32,000 nucleotides of DNA from an uncultured archaeon (GCA_964426185.1 CAYRPF010000024.1:1-32000); one strand, 5' to 3'; counted from the first letter of the stretch, positions 8,873-17,120 are shown. Numbers and translations are program-made. Notes: generated by a model from the letters alone, not told the origin.

Positions 8873-9802
8873 ATGATTGTTATGACTATTTCTAATGTTC
8901 CAATATTAGGTATCGCTAACTCCGGAAAAACAAGTCTAATTCGCACCTTCCAGCGTGAATTTAAGGCACTCGCAAAAATCAAACCCACAAAAGGTATCGA
9001 AAGAAGTAAAATTTCGCTCTTTGGGCGAGAATTGATAGTATGGGACTTTGGAGGTCAGCAGAAGTATCTGTCGAAATATTTTAATCGAGCCGAATTATAT
9101 TTCAGCGATTTAGAGCAAGCATATTTTGTAGTTGATATTCAAGACCAGAAAACCATTACAAGTGCAATTAATTATTTTCAAACCCTTCAGAAATCTCTTG
9201 CAGAATATTCTCCAAGCGTGCAGTTATATGTACTACTTCACAAGTTCGACCCTGGATTTGAAAAAGATCCAGCTACAGTGGAGTATGTCAAAACCATAGG
9301 GCAAAAATTTTCTGAAATGGCCCAGCCTCTTCGCACAAAAGTGATTGAAACATCGATATTTAATCCAATTTCAGTGATTCATGCAATGTCAAATGCGGTT
9401 TTGGGGAACAATATCTTAGCCTCCAATGCTGGAGTGATTTTAAGCGAATTTGTTGAAAATAACAACCTGCAAGACCAAATTGAGTTTATTTTACTTTATT
9501 CTGAGGATTTAGTGGAAATCGGCAGTTATTTTCCCGAAAATGTAGATCACGAGACTTTGAAAGCAGCCGCTAAGGAGATATTTGCGGCTTTTCAACCAAA
9601 GAAACTAAAGCTTTATGCTGGTGAATTTACCATTGAATCTGAAGGTATTGAATTATTGGCTCATCGAATTGTAGGAGACAATGACCAAAACTTCTATTTA
9701 TTGGTGGGATACAAGCCTGAAAAGGTATATAATGTGCTAACATTGAAAGATCAAGTCAAGTTGCTTCTGGATCATGTAGAAAAATTGTTAATGTTCCTCT
9801 AA
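8873..9802 (+). CDS. Small GTPase of Rag/Arf-like type fused to a C-terminal roadblock/longin-like domain
   Basis: G1 GIANSGKTS, G2 PT, G3 WDFGGQ, G4 HKFD, G5 TSIF (HKxD and TSI are Rag/Gtr-like), plus ~130 aa alpha/beta C-terminal domain. Confidence 0.85.
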   Translation: MIVMTISNVPILGIANSGKTSLIRTFQREFKALAKIKPTKGIERSKISLFGRELIVWDFGGQQKYLSKYFNRAELYFSDLEQAYFVVDIQDQKTITSAINYFQTLQKSLAEYSPSVQLYVLLHKFDPGFEKDPATVEYVKTIGQKFSEMAQPLRTKVIETSIFNPISVIHAMSNAVLGNNILASNAGVILSEFVENNNLQDQIEFILLYSEDLVEIGSYFPENVDHETLKAAAKEIFAAFQPKKLKLYAGEFTIESEGIELLAHRIVGDNDQNFYLLVGYKPEKVYNVLTLKDQVKLLLDHVEKLLMFL

Positions 9803-9973
9803 AACTCGTTGAAAAGTTAAAATACTGATTGAAAACTGATCAAGCGCATGGTCTTTATTTGCTAAAGAACGGGTTAAACGATATATGTGGTATTTCCCAA
9901 TAATTACTGATTGTAAATCATCTTTGAATATTTGTTTGGCCAGATCTGCTATTGAAGAGAGCATTAAGTCACT

Positions 9974-10002
9974 TTTGATAACTTTGGTAACTTTGATAAC
10001 TT
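9974..10002. repeat. 9-bp tandem repeat (TTTGATAAC, TTTGGTAAC, TTTGATAAC)
   Basis: Three units read directly, ~75 bp upstream of the 4Fe-4S gene. Confidence 0.7.
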
Positions 10003-10077
10003 AGCTTTTTTGATTATTTTTGAAAACGGAAAAAATATTCTTATTAGCAAATTAAACCAAATTATTGTGATATACTT

Positions 10078-11238
10078 ATGGCCATCGCAAGTTACCCTAC
10101 AATATCAGATCAAATATATTTCAAACTACAAAAAAGATTGGATAAACTTCCAATTGGTTATCCCAAAACAGAATCCGGTGTGGAAATTCGAATCTTAAAG
10201 TACCTTTTTACACCTCAAGAGGCAGCCATTGCAATTGATTTGTCTTATCTCCCCGAAACCATTTCTGTAATCTTTAAGCGAATTAAACGTAAAAAAATGG
10301 TAGACTCGGAAGAACAATTAGAAGAAATATTGGATAGAATGGCAGAAAAAGGGGCTATTGTTCGACATATCACTCGTAAAGGATTAAAAATATATTCTGT
10401 GGTCATGTTAGCAATCGGCATGTTTGAATTTCAAGTAGATAAATTGAGTGAAGCCTTTATTCGCGATTTTCAGCAGTATTTGGAAGAAGCTTTTCGGGAT
10501 GAAGTGCTTAAAAGTAATCCTCAGCAGCTAAGACCCATTCCAACTGAAAACAGCATGTTAAGAGAGCTTCCTATTCTTCCTTATGATGATATTCGGAAAA
10601 TTGTGAAGAACTTGAAGGGTCCGATTTTGGTAGCAAATTGCGTTTGCAAACAAGGACATGATATCATTGGGGATCATTGTAAAGTAACCGATCAGCGGGA
10701 GTGGTGCATTATCATTGGCGGTGCGGCTAAAAATTATCATGATCTCGGGTGGGGGCGGTATATTGATAAAGAGGAACTAATGGATATTCTGACGTTGGCC
10801 GAAAAGGAGGGTTTGGTGGTTCAGCCGTCCAATTCCCAACAACCATTTTGTATCTGTCTGTGTTGTGGCTGCTGTTGTGAAGTGTTAACTTCTGCAAAGG
10901 TATTGGACAATCCTGTGCAATATTTCAGTTCCAATTACATAGCCGTAGTGGATGAAGAGGCATGCATAGGTTGTGGAATTTGTAAAAATCGATGTCAAAT
11001 GGATGCTATCACTATTGAAAATAAGAAATCGCACGTAGATCTAACCAGATGCATTGGTTGTGGGTTATGCACTACAACATGTACACCTCAAGCGATAAAA
11101 TTACAAAAAAAAGAGTATGTAGTTGAGCCTCCTGTAAATGCTACCGAATTATATATGAATATGCTTCGAAGTAGAGTGGGAAATGCTAAGATGATGTTGA
11201 TGCTTATCAGACGATTGCTGGGAAAGAAAGTTCTATGA
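10078..11238 (+). CDS. 4Fe-4S dicluster domain protein with N-terminal HTH-like region and Cys-rich central domain
   Basis: CIGCGICKNRC and CIGCGLCTTTC ferredoxin motifs; CVC...C...C and CICLCCGCCC clusters; FTPQEAAIA N-terminal pattern. Confidence 0.85.
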   Translation: MAIASYPTISDQIYFKLQKRLDKLPIGYPKTESGVEIRILKYLFTPQEAAIAIDLSYLPETISVIFKRIKRKKMVDSEEQLEEILDRMAEKGAIVRHITRKGLKIYSVVMLAIGMFEFQVDKLSEAFIRDFQQYLEEAFRDEVLKSNPQQLRPIPTENSMLRELPILPYDDIRKIVKNLKGPILVANCVCKQGHDIIGDHCKVTDQREWCIIIGGAAKNYHDLGWGRYIDKEELMDILTLAEKEGLVVQPSNSQQPFCICLCCGCCCEVLTSAKVLDNPVQYFSSNYIAVVDEEACIGCGICKNRCQMDAITIENKKSHVDLTRCIGCGLCTTTCTPQAIKLQKKEYVVEPPVNATELYMNMLRSRVGNAKMMLMLIRRLLGKKVL

Positions 11239-12077
11239 AAGAAACGCTTCTAAATTATCGGATTCATGGGAAATCGCCGTTTAAAGTGGTGTTCCTGCAT
11301 GGAGGACCCGGAGCTTGGGGTGAAATGGCCCCCGTAGCGGATTTTATTTCCCGAAATTATGAGATTGGCTGTGTAGAAGCATTTCAAACCAAATCTACGT
11401 TACTTGAGCAACTGAAGGAAATCGGAGAGATAATCTCACACATTGCTGAACCTCCTGTTTTACTTATTGGTTTTTCTTGGGGTGCTTGGTTGGCATATCT
11501 GGCAGCTGCTAATTCCAATTACAAAAACCTCATTAAAGCCATCGTTATGATTGGGTGCGGACCTTTTAGTCAATCATATTTCCTGGAATTGCAACAGATT
11601 CGAAAATCACGCATGACTCAGGAGGAATTCTCCTTTTATCAAGAATTTGAGTCCAATCTTCAGTCTGTTGGTAGTGTTCAAGAGCGAGAGCATATAATTT
11701 CTGAGTTGGGTAAAATTTGCGAAAAAACTGATCATTGTGATTTATTACCTCCATCTGAAAGGATAATTTTTCCCAAGGTCAATTTTCCCATTGATCGGGC
11801 TACATTTTTTGAGAAAGCGTTATCTGAGCTGCAAGCTGAACGAAAGTCGGGAAAATTATTAGAATATGCTCTCAGTATTACTTGTCCCGTATTTATTTTA
11901 CATGGAGATTATGATCCTCATCCCGTGATGGGTGTAATCAATCCTTTAAAACCATTTTTAGATCAAATTTCAGTGAAGATATTTACCCACTGTGGACATA
12001 AACCATGGATGGAAAAACAAGCATACAGCGCATTTTTTGAGGAATTGCAATACATTGTGGAGAGCATATTCCAGTAA
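11235..12077 (+). CDS. Alpha/beta hydrolase
   Basis: HGGPG oxyanion motif, GFSWG nucleophile elbow, HGDYD, CGHKPW. ATGA overlap with the upstream gene. Confidence 0.9.
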   Translation: MKETLLNYRIHGKSPFKVVFLHGGPGAWGEMAPVADFISRNYEIGCVEAFQTKSTLLEQLKEIGEIISHIAEPPVLLIGFSWGAWLAYLAAANSNYKNLIKAIVMIGCGPFSQSYFLELQQIRKSRMTQEEFSFYQEFESNLQSVGSVQEREHIISELGKICEKTDHCDLLPPSERIIFPKVNFPIDRATFFEKALSELQAERKSGKLLEYALSITCPVFILHGDYDPHPVMGVINPLKPFLDQISVKIFTHCGHKPWMEKQAYSAFFEELQYIVESIFQ

Positions 12078-12156
12078 AAGAATAATCCGAACAATTCATC
12101 TATACAAAGCAAATAATTTAAAACAATGTGGGAATAATGGTTAATGGAGATTAGTT

Positions 12157-13083
12157 ATGCACCGAATTTTAATTCTGAAAGGTGGCGGATTACGTGGATT
12201 ACTGCAATTGCCAGCGTTGGAATCGATTGAGTCTTACTTTGATAAAAAAATTGCAGAAATTTACGATCTGATTGTTGGTTCTTCAGTAGGAAGTATCACT
12301 GGCGGCATTCTTGCAACAGGTAAATTCCCGGTTTCAAAATATTATGATTACTTTATGCGCTATATTCCGAAAATTTTCAAACGACGCAAGGGTTTGGGGC
12401 TTTTCCGACCGATTTATGAACAGAAAAATTTCTCCCGCATGTGGCAAAAGCTTTTTCCCGATTCTAATATCTTGATGAAAGATTGTCAAACCCGCTTTTT
12501 AAGCACTTCTATCAATTTATGCGATTTTCGCACTCACTTTTTCAAATCATGGGAAGAAAATGACGGGCAATTATCCTTGGAAGAATGTATTCTACGCTCT
12601 TTTGCCGCGCCCTATTATTTTGGACCGGTAATTGACCATGATCGAAAAGCAGTCTGGGTAGACGGCGGATTGGGAACCACAAACACACCGTTGATGATTG
12701 CTTACGCCGAAAGTATCAATTTAGGATGGCTTCGTGAAAAAGTGGAATTTACCGTAATTGGGACCGGTAATGTCAATTATTCCATGGATTTTGAAAAAGC
12801 TAAGCATTTGAATTTGCTCGAACAAATCAAGATGTTTCTGTATCCGAGAGAAGGTGGTTTAGCTCGGGTGCAATCTACTATGAATCAAGTTGATTTAATG
12901 CACATTATTGCCAAATCCAATCCATTAGTCGATTTTCACTATTACGATGTCGAGATTGGTTCGGAGTATTCAGGTTTAGACAAAAGAAAACATATTCATG
13001 CATATCAAGGCTTTGGAAGGATTATTGCGGATCAAGTGGATAAAGATCTTCAAGCGGTAGATAATTTAAGTATGCCGCTTTGA
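12157..13083 (+). CDS. Patatin-like phospholipase
   Basis: GGGLRG, GSSVG (catalytic Ser), SFAAPYYF and DGG (catalytic Asp) motifs. Confidence 0.92.
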   Translation: MHRILILKGGGLRGLLQLPALESIESYFDKKIAEIYDLIVGSSVGSITGGILATGKFPVSKYYDYFMRYIPKIFKRRKGLGLFRPIYEQKNFSRMWQKLFPDSNILMKDCQTRFLSTSINLCDFRTHFFKSWEENDGQLSLEECILRSFAAPYYFGPVIDHDRKAVWVDGGLGTTNTPLMIAYAESINLGWLREKVEFTVIGTGNVNYSMDFEKAKHLNLLEQIKMFLYPREGGLARVQSTMNQVDLMHIIAKSNPLVDFHYYDVEIGSEYSGLDKRKHIHAYQGFGRIIADQVDKDLQAVDNLSMPL

Positions 13084-13100
13084 ATTATGCGATATACATG

Positions 13101-13160
13101 CACTTAAACTCACTTAAACTCTCCTAAACTCACCCAAATTCACTTAGAATCGCTTTAAAC
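13101..13160. repeat. Degenerate 10-bp tandem repeat, about 6 units, consensus CACTTAAACT
   Basis: cacttaaact cacttaaact ctcctaaact cacccaaatt cacttagaat cgctttaaac. Confidence 0.75.
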
Positions 13161-13209
13161 CACATATATTTGATTTTTATATTAAAATGCATACATTTTT
13201 ATCATTTAA

Positions 13210-13326
13210 CTCGACAAATTTGTTAACAACTTTGGATAGACAATTTGGTCCGAATTTTACTGTAAATGTCGAGGGTTTGAATTCAACGCTTTCTTTTTCA
13301 GGTATTGTCAACCAAAGTTGTGGAGG
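13210..13326 (+). promoter_or_regulatory. Putative structured 5' leader of the dodecin gene
   Basis: ACAACTTTGG(13226-13235)/CCAAAGTTGT(13312-13321) with GACAAT(13239-13244)/ATTGTC(13304-13309); second pairing CTCGACA(13210-13216)/TGTCGAG(13267-13273); GGAGG SD begins at 13322. Confidence 0.5.
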
Positions 13327-13336
13327 GATTGAAAAA

Positions 13337-13549
13337 ATGACTGATTCTGTTTATAAGGTGGTGGAACTTGTCGGAACATCCACTACGTGTTGGGAAGATG
13401 CCGTTAAAGCCATAGTAGAAAAAGCAGCCAAATCACTACAAGATATTCGGGTTGCAGAAGTAAAAAAACTCGATGTACGCATCGATGAAAATAAAGTGGT
13501 GCTATATAGGGCTAAAGTTGAACTTTCATTCAAATACAAGGATGAGTAA
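13337..13549 (+). CDS. Dodecin-family protein (calcium-dodecin/Rv0379-like subtype)
   Basis: MTDSVYKVVELVGTSTTCWEDAV...IRVAEV...YRAKVELSFKY; GGAGG SD upstream of ATG 13337. Confidence 0.9.
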   Translation: MTDSVYKVVELVGTSTTCWEDAVKAIVEKAAKSLQDIRVAEVKKLDVRIDENKVVLYRAKVELSFKYKDE

Positions 13550-13574
13550 GTGCATCACGGAAATATGATTGTGG

Positions 13575-13630
13575 TTTTTTTTTTGTTTTTTACACCTTCA
13601 GTTTTGTTTTTTCGGTAATTTCCTTTTTTC
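13575..13630 (+). terminator. Archaeal-type oligo-T terminator region downstream of dodecin
   Basis: Multiple long T runs shortly after the stop codon. Confidence 0.5.
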
Positions 13631-13747
13631 CAATTGGTTTTCTAATTATTTTCATGCTCGAAGTCAGTCTTATCTACATATTCATAATTGAATCGTAAAA
13701 AGAAATAAAAATTTAAAAGAAAGAAAGAATTCTCTTAAGCTAATATT

Positions 13748-14071
13748 ATGAATGAAAAAGCTGCTAAAATTCAGAAAGAAAAGAAAACCCTGGAAATTAT
13801 GATACAAATATATTGTAGGGCTAAGCATGAAACACGTTCTCAATTATGTGATTCATGCCAGGATATTTTTGATTACGCAGTTAAAAGATTAAACTCTTGC
13901 CCGTTGTTGGAAAACAAACCAACTTGCGCGAAATGTCCAATTCATTGTTATGCACCCGAATATCGAGAAAAAATTCGTGAAATAATGCGATTTTCGGGTC
14001 CAAGGATGCTATATAGTCATCCTTTTCTCGCCATAAACCATTTATCAGATCTTCTTAAAAAGAGAAAGTAA
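13748..14071 (+). CDS. YgbA-like (nitrous oxide-stimulated promoter family) Cys-rich protein
   Basis: EKKTLEIMIQIYC...H...LCDSC...YAVKRLNSCP...KPTCAKCPIHCY...REKIREIMRFSGPRML.HP family signature. Confidence 0.88.
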   Translation: MNEKAAKIQKEKKTLEIMIQIYCRAKHETRSQLCDSCQDIFDYAVKRLNSCPLLENKPTCAKCPIHCYAPEYREKIREIMRFSGPRMLYSHPFLAINHLSDLLKKRK

Positions 14072-14089
14072 TAAGCTATTGAAAATAGC

Positions 14090-14653
14090 TTACCCCTTAT
14101 CCAAAGCTTGTTCAACCAATATATCTATTATTGCATTAAATGCATCATGAACATGCTTGCCCGTCTTCGCAGATGTCATATACATACCCAAAAATTTCCG
14201 CTTCTTCACGATTTCCTTTATTGCTGAGTCATCATATTTCTCCTCATCTATCAAATCCGACTTGTTCGCAAAAACAACCATCGGCAACTCCCCGCAGTAA
14301 TTTTGAAAATCATCCACCCAATCATTTATGGCATGCATTGTCTCTTCCCGAGTTAAATCATATACAACGATACAAGCCTTAGCGCCATTGTAAAAGGTAG
14401 GACGCATGAATTTGAATTGATCTTGACCAGCAATGTCCCATAAGAAGAGTCTTGCTCTTACTTTTTCACCATTTGGTCGATTTACAATAGTTTCATATCG
14501 GCTGAACTGAGCGCCGAGAGTCTTAATGTAGTCTTTATTAAACGAGCCTTGAGTAAACCGCTTGATAAGTGATGTTTTTCCTGCGGCCCCTGAGCCGATT
14601 ACACACAATTTAAAAATGAAATCGTTACTGAATTCTTCTTCGGAATTGCTCAT
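14090..14653 (-). CDS. Rab-like small GTPase without prenylation motif
   Basis: FKLCVIGSGAAGKTSL, YIKTLGAQF, LWDIAGQ, FYNGA..CIVVYDLT, NKSD, TSAKTG. Start placed at ATG 14653 (MSNSEEEF). Confidence 0.92.
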   Translation of the reverse strand: MSNSEEEFSNDFIFKLCVIGSGAAGKTSLIKRFTQGSFNKDYIKTLGAQFSRYETIVNRPNGEKVRARLFLWDIAGQDQFKFMRPTFYNGAKACIVVYDLTREETMHAINDWVDDFQNYCGELPMVVFANKSDLIDEEKYDDSAIKEIVKKRKFLGMYMTSAKTGKHVHDAFNAIIDILVEQALDKG

Positions 14654-14984
14654 AATAGTCACAAAATCTGTTCTAAAATAAGGTTGGTTGCGCACCCTTA
14701 AAAAAGATTCGGAAATGGAATTCGGTGCAGAATTGATTTTTATTAGGCGAAAAGGAAGGTATTTGCAATGCAAAAGAGAGTGCATTTCCAAATATTAAAA
14801 AAGTGGGAAAAGTTCTGAAATAGTTGAAAATATTCGAAATATCGCCTTCCTTAGGATAAAAAAAGCATTTAAAAATTACTACTGTAATATAATTAATAAC
14901 AGCTTCCGTTGTATAATGTTCCTTATTTCGAACTCAGCTTGAACCAATAAAAAATACTCTATTAAAATAAAAGAGGCATTCCGT

Positions 14985-15458
14985 ATGGCATATCCGTTGA
15001 TTCTATATTTTTCTTCACCATTTTGCGCCCCTTGTAAAAATGTCGAGCGGATGCTAAATGAGATAAACGTTAGTCTGTTCGGTAACAAATTGCGCATTAA
15101 GAAGATTAATATTGCTTCAGATATATCATTGGCTCAAAAATTCAATGTAATATCAGTTCCAACAATAATCATCGGTAACATTCGGATGTCGGTGATTATA
15201 GATAAAAACGAGCTTACTGATGCAATATTACAAGGTTTTATCTCATCCGTTTCATTTGAGGAAGAAGAAATGGGATTCGATCGTGATGAAAAATTAAAAA
15301 CCAAAAATATTGAACACGTAAAAACCGAAAATTGTGGAAATGTAAAAACCGAAAGTATGGAAGAAATTGGGGTTAAAAGTGAGGAAAATAAATTAAAAAC
15401 CGAAGATAATGCTATTAATTCTTTAAACTTGCAAGCTAAAGAGGAGCCTAATTATTGA
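14985..15458 (+). CDS. Thioredoxin-like protein with repetitive charged C-terminal tail
   Basis: FSSPFCAPC (CxxC) and AQKFNVISVPT (cis-Pro loop); tail with (V/L)KT(E/K) repeats. Confidence 0.8.
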   Translation: MAYPLILYFSSPFCAPCKNVERMLNEINVSLFGNKLRIKKINIASDISLAQKFNVISVPTIIIGNIRMSVIIDKNELTDAILQGFISSVSFEEEEMGFDRDEKLKTKNIEHVKTENCGNVKTESMEEIGVKSEENKLKTEDNAINSLNLQAKEEPNY

Positions 15459-15543
15459 TACTCAAAATTAATCATAAAATTAATCAAAAAAATAATCGAA
15501 AAAAATCACAAAAAAAATAATGTGAAATAATTGAGGGAAAAAA

Positions 15544-16020
15544 ATGAATCGAATATTATTGGAAGAAATGTTGCAGAAAATGAAAAAAGATTTAATTCAA
15601 GGCAAAGAGATAGGAAATTTAAAAATCGGGGCTTTATACGCTTTGGGTAATCAGCTTGATGCAATTTACTATTTCATGGGGCATGAATTAAGCGGAGTAT
15701 TAGAAGTGGAAGAAACCATTAGCAGCCCTATCGTGCCTGCATTAGAACAAATTTCTAATCAGTATAATTTAGGCAAATTCATCTTGGTGGAAGAAGATAG
15801 AGAGCACATTACTTTTGATTTGGATCGATGTAATTCGTGTAAAGATCTTACTATTTCTAAGGTGAAAATGCCACAAGGTTTTTGTTCTTTTGAAGCGGGG
15901 TTGTATGCAGGTCTGGTAGAAAAAATGACAGGAAAACATTGTTTCGCACAAGAATTGGAATGCCGGTTGCAAGGAACGGTGGATTACTGTAGATTTATGA
16001 TAGTCATTCCACAAGAATAA
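15544..16020 (+). CDS. V4R (4-vinyl reductase) domain protein
   Basis: CNSC...FCSFEAGLYAGLVEKMTG...ELECRLQG..YCRF V4R pattern; GAGG SD. Confidence 0.88.
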   Translation: MNRILLEEMLQKMKKDLIQGKEIGNLKIGALYALGNQLDAIYYFMGHELSGVLEVEETISSPIVPALEQISNQYNLGKFILVEEDREHITFDLDRCNSCKDLTISKVKMPQGFCSFEAGLYAGLVEKMTGKHCFAQELECRLQGTVDYCRFMIVIPQE

Positions 16021-16128
16021 TCATTAGTAAAAAGTGTATCAACCGAAATCTTTTTTTATTCAAATTACCTTAAGGTAGAACATGAACATATTCAACTAAT
16101 CACTAATACGTTCATGGAGAAAATTAAA

Positions 16129-16386
16129 ATGAGCACTCAAGATAAAGTTGTAGCTTTTATATTGTTGGTGACGGATTCAGTTGCCACGCAGCAAATATTT
16201 CATGATGTTAAGAAGATGGATAAAGTTAAAGAAGCCCATATGATATATGGAGATTATGATTTGATAATTAAAGTGGAATTGAACAATTTGCAAGAGATGA
16301 CTGCATTTATGATGCAATTACGTAAAGATTTTGCCGTTAAAAAGTCATCTACTCTGATTACCCTATCTGAAGGAAATAGTTCATAA
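16129..16386 (+). CDS. Stand-alone Lrp/AsnC ligand-binding (RAM) domain protein
   Basis: VAFILL...VKEAHMIYGDYDLIIKV...SSTLI; no HTH. GGAG upstream of ATG 16129; ATG 16114 is an alternative start. Confidence 0.85.
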   Translation: MSTQDKVVAFILLVTDSVATQQIFHDVKKMDKVKEAHMIYGDYDLIIKVELNNLQEMTAFMMQLRKDFAVKKSSTLITLSEGNSS

Positions 16387-16460
16387 AAAATTAATTAATT
16401 TTAAAATTAATTTTCATTTTTTAACTCATAATTTATTAAGGATGCAGAAAAAATTCAACT

Positions 16461-17120
16461 ATGATTCCATCTATATTAATCATTAACGGCTCTCCCCGCA
16501 AAAAAGGTCTCACCATGTCTCTTGTTTCAGTTTTTCAAAAGAAAATTGAAGCGTTAAACTCAGACCCAGAGAAAAATCTAAGGTCAAAAATTTCAACCGA
16601 AGTTTTACATTTAGTAGATTATAATGTAGTTCATTGCTCGGCTTGCGATAAATGCTTACGAAAACCTTATGAGTGCCCTCTTGATAAAAATGATGATTTT
16701 AGATTGATTGCTGCGAAAATGAAGCAAGCAACTGCCATTATCATAGCCACTCCGACCTATTTTTCAAATGTTTCTGGATTTGTTAAGGATTTGATTGATA
16801 GATCCCGACCCCTTAAAATGGCTAAATATAAATTAAAAAATAAGTTATTTTCAGCAATCGTTACCTCGGGTTTAGTGGCAGGGGGTTTGAATGTCGTTCA
16901 AAATTCCTTGATACAATATGCTCTAATTCAAGGTATGGTTGTAGTCGGTGCATTGGGACATCCTGTATTGATGAGTAATTTTCCTACAGAAACCAGCCAA
17001 AAACTCGAATTAACCGAATTTCGGAAACCTAATGAATTATCAGGAGTAGCAACAGCGAATTGTGAAGCATTAGCCGAGAGAATGTGGGATTTACTTCAGC
17101 ATGGATTAAAATTTCAATAA
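16461..17120 (+). CDS. Iron-sulfur flavoprotein / NADPH-dependent FMN reductase family
   Basis: INGSPRKKGLT, compact CSACDKC...C motif, ATPTYF, KDLIDR. Confidence 0.88.
   Translation: MIPSILIINGSPRKKGLTMSLVSVFQKKIEALNSDPEKNLRSKISTEVLHLVDYNVVHCSACDKCLRKPYECPLDKNDDFRLIAAKMKQATAIIIATPTYFSNVSGFVKDLIDRSRPLKMAKYKLKNKLFSAIVTSGLVAGGLNVVQNSLIQYALIQGMVVVGALGHPVLMSNFPTETSQKLELTEFRKPNELSGVATANCEALAERMWDLLQHGLKFQ

Noticed and set aside
12157-13083. Patatin as a CBASS (CapV-like) defence effector
   Set aside because: No CD-NTase or other defence genes nearby.
13288-13303. TTTCTTTTTCAG|GT resembles a spliceosomal 3' splice site
   Set aside because: The context is prokaryotic (SD sites, uninterrupted ORFs) with no matching exon structure; such a string is expected by chance in AT-rich DNA.
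13187-13336. 50-codon in-frame N-terminal extension of dodecin in the ORF track
   Set aside because: Dodecins are ~70 aa, a strong GGAGG precedes ATG 13337, and the extension coincides with the inverted-repeat leader. Translation from 13187 is not formally excluded.
14654-14984. Possible ncRNA in the 330-bp divergent intergenic region, including the upstream extension of the Rab-like ORF to 14791
   Set aside because: Only short scattered inverted repeats (5-8 bp) and no recognisable RNA family motif; the ORF extension has no GTPase-like sequence.
14985-15458. KaiB-like clock protein
   Set aside because: Retains a CxxC thioredoxin active site and there is no KaiC in the window.
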